From an uncultured Caulobacterales bacterium (GTDB taxonomy: Bacteria; Pseudomonadota; Alphaproteobacteria; Caulobacterales; Maricaulaceae), in assembly GCA_964587545.1 (NCBI GenBank), contig CAZPLJ010000004.1:6710-70709 (forward strand): 64,000 nt of DNA, given 5' to 3'. Position 1 is the first letter of the stretch. Each line of letters opens with the position of its first letter. Below, piece by piece: positions 1-10,044 of the stretch. Both the position numbers and the translations under genes were made by a program. Under the pieces are notes generated by a model that did not search any database, had not been told where the DNA came from, and saw only the letters and a list, made by a program, of their open reading frames with translations.

Positions 1-314
1 TATTCTTTATTGGCGTGAATTTGATCTTCTTCCCTCAGCATTTCCTCGGGATGCAGGGCATGCCGCGCCGTTATGTGGATTACCCAGAAGCTTTTGCCTA
101 TTATAACAAGATTTCAACCTTTGGAGCTTTGGTGACGTTGGTCGCGACTGGCTTCTTCTTCTTGATGATCATCGAGTCGCTGATCGTGCGTCGTAAAGTC
201 GAAGATAATTATTGGGGTGAGGGCGCAACCACGCTTGAGTGGACGCTGAGCTCACCGCCACCTTTCCACCAGTTTAATACGCTGCCGACTATTGCGGATG
301 ATGATCATCACTAG
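1..314 (+). CDS. ctaD: cytochrome c oxidase subunit I, C-terminal fragment (gene begins upstream of window)
   Basis: The translation [23 protein letters not shown] is the conserved C-terminal CoxI segment. The frame is open to the window edge and ctaB/ctaG/ctaE follow. Confidence 0.9.
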   Translation, partial: FFIGVNLIFFPQHFLGMQGMPRRYVDYPEAFAYYNKISTFGALVTLVATGFFFLMIIESLIVRRKVEDNYWGEGATTLEWTLSSPPPFHQFNTLPTIADDDHH

Positions 315-321
315 GTAATTT

Positions 322-1320
322 GTGAGCATATCAACTGACATATCATCGTCAGAGGCCGGGTTGGACACAACTCCGGCCTTTGCTGCACAAGGCCTCGGAA
401 TAGCCGAGCCTAAGGATTATTTCGCCTTGATGAAGCCGCGTGTGATGTCGCTCGTCATCTTCACGGCTTGGGTGGGGCTAATATGCGCCCCAGGTGAAAT
501 ATCTCTATTCAAGGCTTTAGCCGCGCTATTTTGTATTGCCGTTGGCGCAGGGGCCTCTGCCGCCTTAAATATGTGGTATGATGCCGATATCGACGCCCAA
601 ATGGCGCGAACGAAAAAACGCCCCATACCGCGCGGTGTGATAACCGCCAATGCAGCTCTGACCTTTGGCTTTATGATGAGTGTCTTGTCCGTTTGGGCTT
701 TATATCATACGACCAATGCGGTCGCGGCCGCTTTGCTGGCTTTTACTATTTTCTTTTATGTTGTCATTTACACCATGGGCCTTAAGCGCCGTACCCCGCA
801 AAATATTGTCATTGGCGGAACACCCGGCGCTTTACCCCCTATGATTGGCTGGGCCGCGGTCACCGGGACCGTATCGCTGGATGCTTTTATATTGTTTCTG
901 ATTATCTTTTTATGGACACCGCCGCATTTCTGGGCCTTGGCGCTTTATAAACAAGGCGATTACGAAAAAGTCGGCATACCTATGATGCCCAATGTTAAAG
1001 GTGCAGCCTCCACTCGCAATCAAATTTTGGGATATGCCATTATCCTTGCCGCCACATGTGTGATCCCTATCTTAACGGGCCTAGGTGGTGTGCTATATGC
1101 TCTTATTGCAGGGCTTTTAAATATCGGATTTATCGCCTTGGCGTTTAAAGTATGGCGCTCAGATGCAGGGGAGAGACATGGTAGCTCCAAAGAAGCCTCT
1201 CTTTATGCCGTCAAAGCCGGAGACTTAACCGCGCGTAATCTCTTTGCCTTTTCCATTCTCTTTCTGTTTGGAATTTTCGGAGCTCTCGCGATTGAGCATC
1301 TTTTGGTAGGGTTGCTGTAA
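322..1320 (+). CDS. ctaB: protoheme IX farnesyltransferase (heme O synthase)
   Basis: 332 aa polytopic membrane protein with a GTG start. It has UbiA-type motifs (KPRVMSLV, NMWYDADIDAQMARTKKRPIP) and sits in a cta cluster. Confidence 0.9.
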   Translation: MSISTDISSSEAGLDTTPAFAAQGLGIAEPKDYFALMKPRVMSLVIFTAWVGLICAPGEISLFKALAALFCIAVGAGASAALNMWYDADIDAQMARTKKRPIPRGVITANAALTFGFMMSVLSVWALYHTTNAVAAALLAFTIFFYVVIYTMGLKRRTPQNIVIGGTPGALPPMIGWAAVTGTVSLDAFILFLIIFLWTPPHFWALALYKQGDYEKVGIPMMPNVKGAASTRNQILGYAIILAATCVIPILTGLGGVLYALIAGLLNIGFIALAFKVWRSDAGERHGSSKEASLYAVKAGDLTARNLFAFSILFLFGIFGALAIEHLLVGLL

Positions 1321-1454
1321 TGGAAGACCGCTACCAGCCTACGGACGCCGAGATGCGAGCTCGTAACAAACGCAATATTGCTATCGCTTTGGGTCTCGCG
1401 GGTTTTATGGTTTTTGTGTTTTTCACCATGCTCAGCCGGTCCGGAGTGATCTGA
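1320..1454 (+). CDS. small single-TM protein (44 aa) between ctaB and ctaG
   Basis: Hand-translated as MEDRYQPTDAEMRARNKRNIAIALGLAGFMVFVFFTMLSRSGVI. Its ATG overlaps the ctaB TAA and its TGA overlaps the ctaG ATG (double coupling). It is below the ORF-track size cutoff. Confidence 0.55.
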   Translation: MEDRYQPTDAEMRARNKRNIAIALGLAGFMVFVFFTMLSRSGVI

Positions 1455-2020
1455 TGACGGGTCAGAAGAAAACACTTTATATGCTCATCGCCATGGCCGT
1501 TTTCATGTTAGGGCTCGGCTTTGCATCAAAGCCGCTTTACGATACGTTTTGCCGGGTGACAGGATATGGGGGCACCACACGAACAGCAGAGACGAATGAT
1601 AGCGAAGTCATCCTTGATCGTGTTGTTACCGTGAGTTTTGACGCCAATGTGTCTCAAGGTCTGCCCTGGGACTTTAAGCCGGAGCAAACAAGCTTGGATG
1701 TCAATGTCGGCCAAACGGGTCTAGCCTATTATAAGGTCAAAAATGTCTCCTCACAGCCCATCGTCGGCACAGCTACATTTAACGTGACACCAATTAAGGC
1801 AGCGCCGTTTTTTATCAAAACCGAGTGTTTTTGCTTTACCGAACAATTGATTGGCCCCGGTGAGGAAATGTCCATGCCCGTCTTATTTCATGTGGATCCA
1901 CAAATTGATGAAGAACGCCGTTTAGATGACATCACAGACATTACCCTTTCATATACGTTTTTTATGGTAGAGGATTCGGAATTGCTAACTGCGACGCAAA
2001 GCCGCGAGGCATTAAACTAG
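1454..2020 (+). CDS. ctaG: cytochrome c oxidase assembly protein CtaG/Cox11
   Basis: 188 aa with an N-terminal TM and the Cox11 copper-site motif (ECFCF). It sits between ctaB and ctaE. Confidence 0.9.
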   Translation: MTGQKKTLYMLIAMAVFMLGLGFASKPLYDTFCRVTGYGGTTRTAETNDSEVILDRVVTVSFDANVSQGLPWDFKPEQTSLDVNVGQTGLAYYKVKNVSSQPIVGTATFNVTPIKAAPFFIKTECFCFTEQLIGPGEEMSMPVLFHVDPQIDEERRLDDITDITLSYTFFMVEDSELLTATQSREALN

Positions 2021-2099
2021 GGCTGTCGCCTGTTGCAGGCCGCGCGCGGCTTGGTTATAGCGAGAGCAAATTTTTGCGCTGAATCGCGCGGAGGATATT

Positions 2100-3044
2100 A
2101 TGGGCTCACATGCCGTTGAACATGACTATCATCTTGTAGAGCCAAGTCCTTGGCCTTTCTTATCTGGCGTCGCTTGCCTGATTTGGGGGTTAGGCATGGT
2201 CGTTTTCTTTGCCGGTCTTGCAGATCGTACGGGCGAAAATGGTATAACAGAGTTTCTGTTCGCCAGAGGTATTGATACCATCCAAGGACGCGAAGGCGCT
2301 GGCGGTGGTTGGATTATCCTTCTGGTTGGGTGTCTGTTTGGTGCTGGCGTTATGTATGGCTGGTGGCGCGATGTTGCCAAAGAGTCCGCAGCCGGTGATC
2401 ATACCCCCGTTGTCGATATTGGTCTGCGTTATGGCATGATCATGTTTATCATGCAGGAAGCCATGTTCTTTGTCGGCTGGTTCTGGATGTTTTTCGAGCT
2501 TGGACTGTTTCATAAAGCCCGTGAAAAGTGGAATACAGATATTCTTGAAACGGCTCCAGCCTATGGGTCTTGGCCACCACCTAATATTGAAACAATTGAT
2601 CCTTGGCATCTGCCATTGATGAACACGCTGGTTCTGCTTTTATCAGGAACAACTGTGACTTGGGCTCACCATGCTATCATCAAAGGAAATCGTAGTGCTG
2701 CCAAGTGGGGGCTAATCCTGACAGTGGCCTTGGGTGTTTTCTTTACCTATCTTCAGGGCGTCGAATATATGGAAGCCTTCTCCCATCGTAACCTCGATGG
2801 TGCTGACGGGTCTTTCTGGCTATCGACCAATGTATATGGCTCGGCCTTTTTCCTAGCGACAGGTTTCCATGGTCTGCATGTTTTAATCGGAACAATTTTC
2901 TTGTTTGTCTGTTATCTGCGTCTTGTCCGCGGTGGATTGAAGCCTGAGAAGCATTTCGGTCTGGAAGCGGCCGCTTGGTATTGGCACTTTGTTGACGTCG
3001 TCTGGCTCTTCCTGTTTGCCTTTGTTTACGTGGTCTTTGCCTAG
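2100..3044 (+). CDS. ctaE: cytochrome c oxidase subunit III
   Basis: 314 aa with CoxIII signatures (HDYHLVEPSPWP, GFHGLHVLIGT, AAWYWHFVDVVWLFLF). Confidence 0.9.
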   Translation: MGSHAVEHDYHLVEPSPWPFLSGVACLIWGLGMVVFFAGLADRTGENGITEFLFARGIDTIQGREGAGGGWIILLVGCLFGAGVMYGWWRDVAKESAAGDHTPVVDIGLRYGMIMFIMQEAMFFVGWFWMFFELGLFHKAREKWNTDILETAPAYGSWPPPNIETIDPWHLPLMNTLVLLLSGTTVTWAHHAIIKGNRSAAKWGLILTVALGVFFTYLQGVEYMEAFSHRNLDGADGSFWLSTNVYGSAFFLATGFHGLHVLIGTIFLFVCYLRLVRGGLKPEKHFGLEAAAWYWHFVDVVWLFLFAFVYVVFA

Positions 3045-3051
3045 AAGACCG

Positions 3052-3771
3052 ATGAGGCTGTATTTTCGGCCGTTCCTAGGACTAACGATCACGACGGTGA
3101 TCTCTTTGATATTGCTGCTGACGCTTGGGACGTGGCAATATCAACGACTCCAGTGGAAAACGGATCTCTTATCTGAAGTAGAAGCCGCTTCAACGGCCAC
3201 GCCGTTTAAATCTTTCCGGGATGTGACCTACGCCTTGGATGCGGGCGAGCCCGTTGATTTTCGTCGAATCGAATTTGAATCCTTGTCTATGTCTGAGGAT
3301 CCTTTTGATGTCTTTACGCCTGAGAAAAAGGACGTCAGCTGGCGGCAATTCTTTCCCATGAAGCAGGGCAGTTACTTTGCTTTTGTCGACACGGGCCTAG
3401 TCTCGGATGCTAAAAAAAACCAGACCTATTCTCGATGGAACACGCCGCGGGCATTTGCCGGATATGTTCGCAAAGCTCAACCCAAGGGCCGATTTTCGCC
3501 CGAAAGCCTGCCTGATGACAATCAATGGTTTGGATTCAATCATAAGCCCGAGACCCATAATTGGAATGACTTGGTCAACGGGGATTATGATATGCGCTAT
3601 TATATTGAAACTGTTGCGGGAGAGACCGACGCGGATGGTTTGCCCGCGCGAAAAGCCAATCTTCGAAACAATCATTTTGACTATATGCTGACATGGTATG
3701 GGTTGGCTTTTACGCTTTTGGTGATGTATCTTATTTTTCACTACAAAGCGGGGCGTCTTAGATTTTCGTGA
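3052..3771 (+). CDS. SURF1 family cytochrome oxidase biogenesis protein
   Basis: Two terminal TMs and a central periplasmic region. The motif LGTWQYQRLQWK is typical of SURF1. I chose the ATG at 3052 (MRLYFRPF) because the track start at 2989 overlaps ctaE. Confidence 0.8.
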   Translation: MRLYFRPFLGLTITTVISLILLLTLGTWQYQRLQWKTDLLSEVEAASTATPFKSFRDVTYALDAGEPVDFRRIEFESLSMSEDPFDVFTPEKKDVSWRQFFPMKQGSYFAFVDTGLVSDAKKNQTYSRWNTPRAFAGYVRKAQPKGRFSPESLPDDNQWFGFNHKPETHNWNDLVNGDYDMRYYIETVAGETDADGLPARKANLRNNHFDYMLTWYGLAFTLLVMYLIFHYKAGRLRFS

Positions 3772-4340
3772 AGAAAGTAACGATTAATACCATCTTGTCT
3801 GAACAGGTCGGTAGTGACCGGATAGAGCTGCGCCATCCACGCTGGGCTGAGTTTGAGGCTTGGGTCAAGCTTCGCCGGGACAGCGCCGATTATCTATCCC
3901 CATGGGAACCAGAGTGGGACGAGGCGCACCTTAATCGAAGCAGCTACAGAGCACGCCTTTCACGTTTTAAGAAAATGGTCTCTAACGATAGCGGCTACCC
4001 GTTTCATATATTCCGCAAATATGATGATAGTTTGATTGGTGCCTGTAATATTAGCTACATTCAGCGTCACGTCTCGCAATCTGCTCAATTGGGATATTGG
4101 ATCGGGGAACGCTATTCTCGGCAGGGCTATGGCCGCGCGGCTGTGACCGCCGCCGTGCGCTTTTGTTTTGAAACTTTAGGGCTTCACCGTGTGACAGCCG
4201 CCGTCCAATCCAAGAATACACGATCCATACAATTGCTAGACGCGGTTGGTTTCACCAAAGAAGGCACAGCTCGGGGTTATTTGAAAATTAACGGCGTGTG
4301 GCAGGATCATGATATCTACGCCAAGCTGAACTCTGATTAG
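3768..4340 (+). CDS. GNAT family N-acetyltransferase (RimJ/RimL-like)
   Basis: 190 aa with a GTG start overlapping the surf1 stop. It has an acetyl-CoA binding-type segment (RQGYGRAAVTAAVRFCFETLGLHRV). Confidence 0.8.
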   Translation: MKKVTINTILSEQVGSDRIELRHPRWAEFEAWVKLRRDSADYLSPWEPEWDEAHLNRSSYRARLSRFKKMVSNDSGYPFHIFRKYDDSLIGACNISYIQRHVSQSAQLGYWIGERYSRQGYGRAAVTAAVRFCFETLGLHRVTAAVQSKNTRSIQLLDAVGFTKEGTARGYLKINGVWQDHDIYAKLNSD

Positions 4341-4699
4341 GCGCTTGATTTTTTCATATTGACCAGATCGCGTTTAATGCGCGCCAGCGTAAAGCCGATA
4401 TTATATCGTCTCAGGTCACGGGGTAGGTAAGACAGTCTTTCATTATAGGCGTCACCATATTCTTTCTTAAGCTCAAAATGCATGGACCTAATCATGATGA
4501 GGTGGCCGCCGCGAATAAGAATAAAATAAAAACAGAAAAAACCAATGATAAGCGAATTATGATTTTGAGAGCTTAAATCCGTAAACCAAAATTTCAATAA
4601 TAGGAGCATCAAAAGCAATAAGAGAGTGATCGGCAAGACAGAGCTTCTCACCCAATATTTCAGCGACAGCCAATGCTTTTCTAATTCATATGTCGTCAC
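4337..4699 (-). CDS. hypothetical 2-TM membrane protein
   Basis: 120 aa, AT-rich, with hydrophobic stretches (LPITLLLLLMLLLL, LIIGFFCFYFILI). Its start overlaps the tadA stop. No family was recognised. Confidence 0.45.
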   Translation of the reverse strand: MTTYELEKHWLSLKYWVRSSVLPITLLLLLMLLLLKFWFTDLSSQNHNSLIIGFFCFYFILIRGGHLIMIRSMHFELKKEYGDAYNERLSYLPRDLRRYNIGFTLARIKRDLVNMKKSSA

Positions 4700-5148
4700 T
4701 TGCGTCGCTCACGAAAAAAGGACTTCAACATCGCTGAGCTTTCATCTGCGAGAACACCTGATGTAACTTCGGGTTTGTGATGACAGCTGGCTTGATCAAA
4801 AAACTTTACGCCACTTTCAACGGCCCCGCCTTTAGGGTCTAAGGCGCCGTAAACAAGCCGTGCAATTCGGGCATGCGCAATCGCACCGACACACATGGTG
4901 CAAGGCTCCAGCGTGACATACAGGGTTGTGCCTGTAAGGCGGTAATTGCCTGTCTTGCGGGCGGCGTCTCTTATCACCATAATTTCTGCGTGAGCTGTGG
5001 GGTCATCTATTCCAATAGGTGTGTTTCCGGCCCGCGAAATAATTTGACCATCCGAGCCCACCAATATAGCGCCAACGGGGACCTCCCCGCGCGAAGATGC
5101 CGCTTGCGCCTCATGCAAGGCTTCGCGCATATAGGTTTCATCCTTCAT
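4696..5148 (-). CDS. tadA: tRNA adenosine(34) deaminase
   Basis: 150 aa with the CDA zinc motifs HAEIMVIRDA and PCTMCVGAI. Confidence 0.9.
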   Translation of the reverse strand: MKDETYMREALHEAQAASSRGEVPVGAILVGSDGQIISRAGNTPIGIDDPTAHAEIMVIRDAARKTGNYRLTGTTLYVTLEPCTMCVGAIAHARIARLVYGALDPKGGAVESGVKFFDQASCHHKPEVTSGVLADESSAMLKSFFRERRK

Positions 5149-5161
5149 ACCCTAATGTCAG

Positions 5162-6067
5162 GTGATGCGGGAAAAAGGTCAAGATATGGGCGATATGCAA
5201 AATGAAGCAGGGGAACGCATTGCCAAATATTTGGCGCGGGCTGGCGTGGCCTCACGGCGTGAGTGTGAGCGCTTGATTGAAGCCGGCCGGATTAAGGTCA
5301 ATGGCAAGGTTTTGACCACGCCCGCTTTCAAAGTGACAGCTAAGGATAAAATCCTTTTTGATAATAATGCTGTGGCCAAAAAAGAACGTCCGCGCCTTTG
5401 GCTTTATCATAAACCTGTCGGACTGATTACGGCCCATAAAGACCCGCAAGGACGCCCGACCGTATTTGAGAACCTACCCAAGGCATTGCCGCGGGTTATC
5501 TCTGTGGGACGGCTTGATCTTAATTCGGAAGGTTTACTGCTTTTGACCAATGACGGGGAATTGGCCCGTGCGCTTGAGCTGCCATCAACAGGATGGGCGA
5601 GGCGCTATCGCGCCCGAGCCTTTGGTAGTGTCACGCAAGAGGAGTTGGACCGCCTTAAAGAGGGTATTGATATTGACGGTATACCCAGTGGTCCGATTGA
5701 GGCGGAACTCGATAAACAGCAGCGTGGTAATGCTTGGATTACGGTGACAATCCGCGAGGGTAAAAACCGCGAAGTGCGTCGCGCGCTTGATATGCTGGGT
5801 CTTAAGGTCAACCGCTTGATCCGCACGTCTTACGGCCCGTTTAAGCTGGGCAATCTAGAGCGGGCTCAGGTCGAAGAGATAAAGCCGCGTATCCTGCGCG
5901 ACCAGGTCGGGCATTTGATCGATATACCGAAAACCCAGCCGCAGAGATATAAGCCTCATTCCCGCAATCAAAAGCCCCTTTCACGAAAGCCTAATTCAAA
6001 AAAGCCTCAATCACGAAAACCCGAGTCAAGAAAACCAACTCCCAATAAGGGCAGACGGCGTAGATAA
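5162..6067 (+). CDS. pseudouridine synthase, RsuA/RluB family
   Basis: S4 domain (RIAKYLARAGVASRRECERLIEAGRIKVNG), catalytic motif GRLDLNSEGLLLLTNDG, and a basic C-terminal tail. The exact start is uncertain (GTG 5162, ATG 5165 or ATG 5186). Confidence 0.85.
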   Translation: MMREKGQDMGDMQNEAGERIAKYLARAGVASRRECERLIEAGRIKVNGKVLTTPAFKVTAKDKILFDNNAVAKKERPRLWLYHKPVGLITAHKDPQGRPTVFENLPKALPRVISVGRLDLNSEGLLLLTNDGELARALELPSTGWARRYRARAFGSVTQEELDRLKEGIDIDGIPSGPIEAELDKQQRGNAWITVTIREGKNREVRRALDMLGLKVNRLIRTSYGPFKLGNLERAQVEEIKPRILRDQVGHLIDIPKTQPQRYKPHSRNQKPLSRKPNSKKPQSRKPESRKPTPNKGRRRR

Positions 6068-6627
6068 TGCGCATCGTCTCGGGAAAATTACGTGGGCGCA
6101 ATATTGCGACACCTCCGGGCCGGGATACGCGTCCGACCAGTGATCAGACGCGCGAGAGTATTTTTAATATATTGGCGCATGCCGACTGGGCTCCGCCGCT
6201 CGAGGGCGCGATTGTGGCGGATATATTCGCCGGCTCAGGCGCGCTGGGATTAGAGGCGATATCGCGCGGAGCGGAATTTTGTCTCTTTGTTGAAACGGAG
6301 CCTAAAGCGCGTGCCGCCATCCGTGAAAATATTGAAAAGATGAACCTGTTTGGCTGCACGCGCCTGCATCGCCGCGATGCGACCAGACTCAAGATAGCAC
6401 CCGGTAATTTGCGCGGAGCCTTTACGTATATTTTTATGGACCCGCCTTATAATAAAGGCCTGTGGCGGCCAGTCTTGAGTAAGCTCAAATCTCAAGGCTT
6501 GGTGGCTGATGACGGGATCATTATTTTGGAAGAAAGCAAAGAGGCCGAGATAGAATTATCCGGCCATGAAATATTAGCGGATAAAAACTGGGGCGCGGCG
6601 CGTGTCTTGTTTTTGAGAGGGACTTAA
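6067..6627 (+). CDS. rsmD: 16S rRNA (guanine966-N2)-methyltransferase
   Basis: 186 aa with RPTSDQTRESIFNIL, a SAM motif DIFAGSGALGLEA and DPPY. Confidence 0.85.
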   Translation: MRIVSGKLRGRNIATPPGRDTRPTSDQTRESIFNILAHADWAPPLEGAIVADIFAGSGALGLEAISRGAEFCLFVETEPKARAAIRENIEKMNLFGCTRLHRRDATRLKIAPGNLRGAFTYIFMDPPYNKGLWRPVLSKLKSQGLVADDGIIILEESKEAEIELSGHEILADKNWGAARVLFLRGT

Positions 6628-6628
6628 A

Positions 6629-7306
6629 ATGGATATAGTGGAACATGCCCGGTCGCGTTATGCTATTAAAGGCTATCAGGCGGCTAAGCCTATTTCAGAT
6701 GACATAATGGCTAAACTTAAGGAGCTTTTGCAGCTCGCCCCGTCCAGTTTAAATCTACAGCCTTGGCACTTCATTTGGGCGACCAGCGAGGCGGGGAAAG
6801 CGCGCATCGCCAAAGCCGCCGAAGACGCGAAATATATCTATAATAAGCCCTCTATTCTTAACGCTTCGGCCGCGGTTGTATTTTGCAGTCTAAAAGAAAT
6901 TGACGACGCCTATCTGGAACGCATCGCTAATCAGGAAGCCACGGATGGCCGCTACGGCTCCGTGGATGATGAGCAGGTGCAACAGAGCAAAGCCAAAAGA
7001 GTAGAGATTTTCAAAATGTATTGCGGTTTGCACAAAGCCGTATTTAAGGATGAACAGCATTGGCTCAACCATCAGAGCTATATAAATCTCGGGCAATTTT
7101 TACTTGGCGCAGAGGCTTTAGGTGTCGGCGCGACACCCATGGAAGGGTTTGACACAGCGATAATGGATGCCGAATTTGGCCTTGCGGGAAAAGGCTACGC
7201 CAGCCAGGTGATTGTCACGCTGGGTTATTCTGATCCTGAGACGGATTATAATGGCACGCTTTCGAAATCGCGTTTGCCTATGGGTGAGATCTTAACTGAG
7301 GTTTAG
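6629..7306 (+). CDS. nitroreductase family protein
   Basis: 225 aa with a nitroreductase-like N-terminus (RYAIKGY ... APSSLNLQPWHF). Confidence 0.7.
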   Translation: MDIVEHARSRYAIKGYQAAKPISDDIMAKLKELLQLAPSSLNLQPWHFIWATSEAGKARIAKAAEDAKYIYNKPSILNASAAVVFCSLKEIDDAYLERIANQEATDGRYGSVDDEQVQQSKAKRVEIFKMYCGLHKAVFKDEQHWLNHQSYINLGQFLLGAEALGVGATPMEGFDTAIMDAEFGLAGKGYASQVIVTLGYSDPETDYNGTLSKSRLPMGEILTEV

Positions 7307-7307
7307 C

Positions 7308-9146
7308 TCAGCGCCGCCCAAATAGGCGCTCAATATCGGCGAGTTTTAACTCCACATAAGTCGGGCGGCCGTGATTACATTGGCCGCTATGAGGTGTGGC
7401 TTCCATCTGTCGAAGCAGGGCGTTCATCTCGGTGGCGTTGAGGCGACGCCCGGCCCGCACAGAGCCGTGACAGGCCATGGTCCCGCAGACGTGCTCAAAC
7501 TTTTCTTTTAAGGACAGAGCCTCATCATATTCCGCCAGATCATCGGCGAGGTCACGTAAAAGACCTTGGACATTGACTTCACCCAAAAGAGCCGGGGTTT
7601 CGCGCACAGCAATCGCACCTTCCCCAAAGGGCTCAATTATAAGCCCCATTTCGGCGAGTTCCTCTGAACGGGCCAAAACTCGCGTGATATCCACCTCATC
7701 CATGTCGACGATGTCGGGAATTAAAAGTGCTTGGCGCTCAACGCCTTTGTCGGCCATGGCGGCCTTCATGCGCTCATAGACAAGACGCTCATGGGCTGCG
7801 TGTTGATCGACAATGACGATACCGTCAGAAGTTTGCGCAACCACATAGGTTTCATGCAGCTGCGCGCGCGCCGCCCCTAACGGGTTGCTGGTGTAATCAG
7901 CTGGGGCGTCAGAACCATTGGGGTGCCCCATATAAGGCTCCGCCATTTCTTCAACCTTGGCGGAAAACCCGTCGACCAAAGGCTGCATGGCGGGATCATT
8001 GTGAAAGGGTGCCATGTTGGGCGGGCGGTATCCGTAATTGCCTTGCAGCGGCATGGTTGAGCCCGCTTGAATTTTCCCAAGGGCGTAATCTGAAACGGTC
8101 GTGCTGGCTTTATGTCCTGCGCCAGCGAGCGCATGCCGGAGGGCTGAGACGATAAGACCACGCACAAGACCGGGATCGCGAAAGCGCACTTCGGTTTTGG
8201 CTGGGTGCACATTCACATCGACATGGGTGCCCGGAAGATCGACATAAAGTGCAACCACTGGATAGCGGTCTCGGGCCAGAAAATCCTGATAAGCGCCTCG
8301 TACGGCCCCGTGGAGGAGTTTGTCTTTAACCGGGCGGTTATTGATAAAAAGATATTGATGCTGGCTATTGCCGCGCGAATAGGTCGGGAGGCCCGCAAAA
8401 CCTGTCAGGTGAATACCTTCGCGCTCGGCATCAATCGCGAGCGCATTATCGCCAAAGTCCCGTCCCAATATGGCCGCCAGACGCGCTAGCCTTCCGTCAT
8501 TATCACCGCTCTGCGCCACCGTTTTTAAAACATTTCGCGTGCCTGAGGATAAGGTCATCCCCACAGAGGGGTTAGCCATAGCGAGCCGCTTGACCATATC
8601 GGAAATAGCCATGCTTTCACTGCGCTCAGATTTTAAAAACTTCAACCGCGCCGGGGTTGCGTAAAAGAGATCACGAACTTCGACTTTTGTGCCGGATAGG
8701 CCCAAACGCGGGGCAGGGCGAGGCCCCTCAATTTTGCCGCCCTCACATATTATTTCCCATGCGCTATCGGCATTGAGCGTTTGCGAGGTTATTGTTACTC
8801 GCGCCACCGAGCCAATAGAGGGGAGGGCTTCGCCGCGAAATCCCATTGTATCGATATTGAGGAGATCCCATTCGCCCTCCGAGTTAGGGGAGAGTTTAGA
8901 CGTCGCGTGTCGTTCCAGCGCAATGGGGAGTTCTTCGGCGCTCATGCCTTTCCCGTCATCGGTAATGGAGATCAAGGTTCGGCCTCCGTCTTCATAGCGG
9001 ATATCTACCTGACGTGCGCCAGCATCTACGGCGTTTTCGACGAGCTCTTTAATCACGCTGGCCGGACGCTCGACCACTTCACCTGCGGCGATGCGGTTGA
9101 TCGTTTCAGGCGGTAAACGCCGAATCTGAGAGACGGGGTGGGTCAT
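7308..9146 (-). CDS. mutL: DNA mismatch repair protein MutL
   Basis: 612 aa with a GHKL ATPase N-terminus ([31 protein letters not shown]) and a C-terminal endonuclease-type motif ([12 protein letters not shown]). Confidence 0.95.
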   Translation of the reverse strand: MTHPVSQIRRLPPETINRIAAGEVVERPASVIKELVENAVDAGARQVDIRYEDGGRTLISITDDGKGMSAEELPIALERHATSKLSPNSEGEWDLLNIDTMGFRGEALPSIGSVARVTITSQTLNADSAWEIICEGGKIEGPRPAPRLGLSGTKVEVRDLFYATPARLKFLKSERSESMAISDMVKRLAMANPSVGMTLSSGTRNVLKTVAQSGDNDGRLARLAAILGRDFGDNALAIDAEREGIHLTGFAGLPTYSRGNSQHQYLFINNRPVKDKLLHGAVRGAYQDFLARDRYPVVALYVDLPGTHVDVNVHPAKTEVRFRDPGLVRGLIVSALRHALAGAGHKASTTVSDYALGKIQAGSTMPLQGNYGYRPPNMAPFHNDPAMQPLVDGFSAKVEEMAEPYMGHPNGSDAPADYTSNPLGAARAQLHETYVVAQTSDGIVIVDQHAAHERLVYERMKAAMADKGVERQALLIPDIVDMDEVDITRVLARSEELAEMGLIIEPFGEGAIAVRETPALLGEVNVQGLLRDLADDLAEYDEALSLKEKFEHVCGTMACHGSVRAGRRLNATEMNALLRQMEATPHSGQCNHGRPTYVELKLADIERLFGRR

Positions 9147-9322
9147 TTCATGATTTTAAGTTTTTTTGGTAGCAAAGTCATTCTGATTTAAATTAATTCT
9201 ACAGCACTACTTTAATTGCGTATTAAAATGTGATAGTCCTAATAGGATGAGGGGCGCTCCTTAGAGTTAGAATTGATGACTTCGCTTCGGGCATCCCCTA
9301 TGGCTACGGAGGCATTTTTCTT

Positions 9323-9991
9323 ATGAAAGCGACTGAATGGATTGCAATATTTGTGTCAGTAGTTGCGTTAGGCACGAGTTTAGGAAGCTACATGTTAGCC
9401 CAAAAAGCTTGGGGAATTCAAAAGACTGAATTTGAAGGGAAATACAAACCCGTTTGGTCGACAAGTGTGGAAAAAAATGAAATTTTATTCAAAAACTTAG
9501 AGTCCTATCAAACGCCACAATACCTGATGGTTCGACCTCCAGATGACATCATAGGGGGTAGTAAGTCCTGGCTTCTAAGCCTTTCAGACGCGAGGATTGA
9601 CTTCGATGAAATTCGCGAAAACACGATTGCTTCAATTCGGGAAAGTCTATCTTATTCTTTTACTGGGCATGCTGTGTTTCATATCCCCTTGATAGTGCAT
9701 ACCAATTTTACAGTTAATGGGGAAAATTTTAAAGACACGTCGCAATATTTTTTGTTGGTTTTGTTTGAGATAAAAGAAAGAGAGAAGGAGTGCTTTACGG
9801 AACCTAAGTCCGACACAGGGTGCTTAGAGTATAGTGCTAATCCCGTGGATTTGATTTTTCACAAAAGGATAGACGCTAACCGTATTGAATCACAATATGA
9901 TGAATTTATAAATGTTGAATGGGCAAATCGAAAATCAAGAACTATAAATAAATGGAGTGGAGTGAAAGTAGGGCAGAAATTAGACAAATAG
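9323..9991 (+). CDS. hypothetical protein with N-terminal TM anchor
   Basis: 222 aa ORF that is visibly more AT-rich than its neighbours. It has one N-terminal hydrophobic helix and no recognisable motif. Confidence 0.45.
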   Translation: MKATEWIAIFVSVVALGTSLGSYMLAQKAWGIQKTEFEGKYKPVWSTSVEKNEILFKNLESYQTPQYLMVRPPDDIIGGSKSWLLSLSDARIDFDEIRENTIASIRESLSYSFTGHAVFHIPLIVHTNFTVNGENFKDTSQYFLLVLFEIKEREKECFTEPKSDTGCLEYSANPVDLIFHKRIDANRIESQYDEFINVEWANRKSRTINKWSGVKVGQKLDK

Positions 9992-10044
9992 TTTTAAAAT
10001 AAAGGCTTCTCTTTTCCTTTTTTAAGCGTAATTTTTTTCTACCT

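Noticed and set aside
2989-3051. The track places the SURF1 start at 2989, overlapping ctaE by 56 nt.
   Set aside because: The extension (MLTSSGSSCLPLFTWSLPRRP) is an out-of-frame reading of the ctaE 3' end. The ATG at 3052 gives a typical SURF1 N-terminus.
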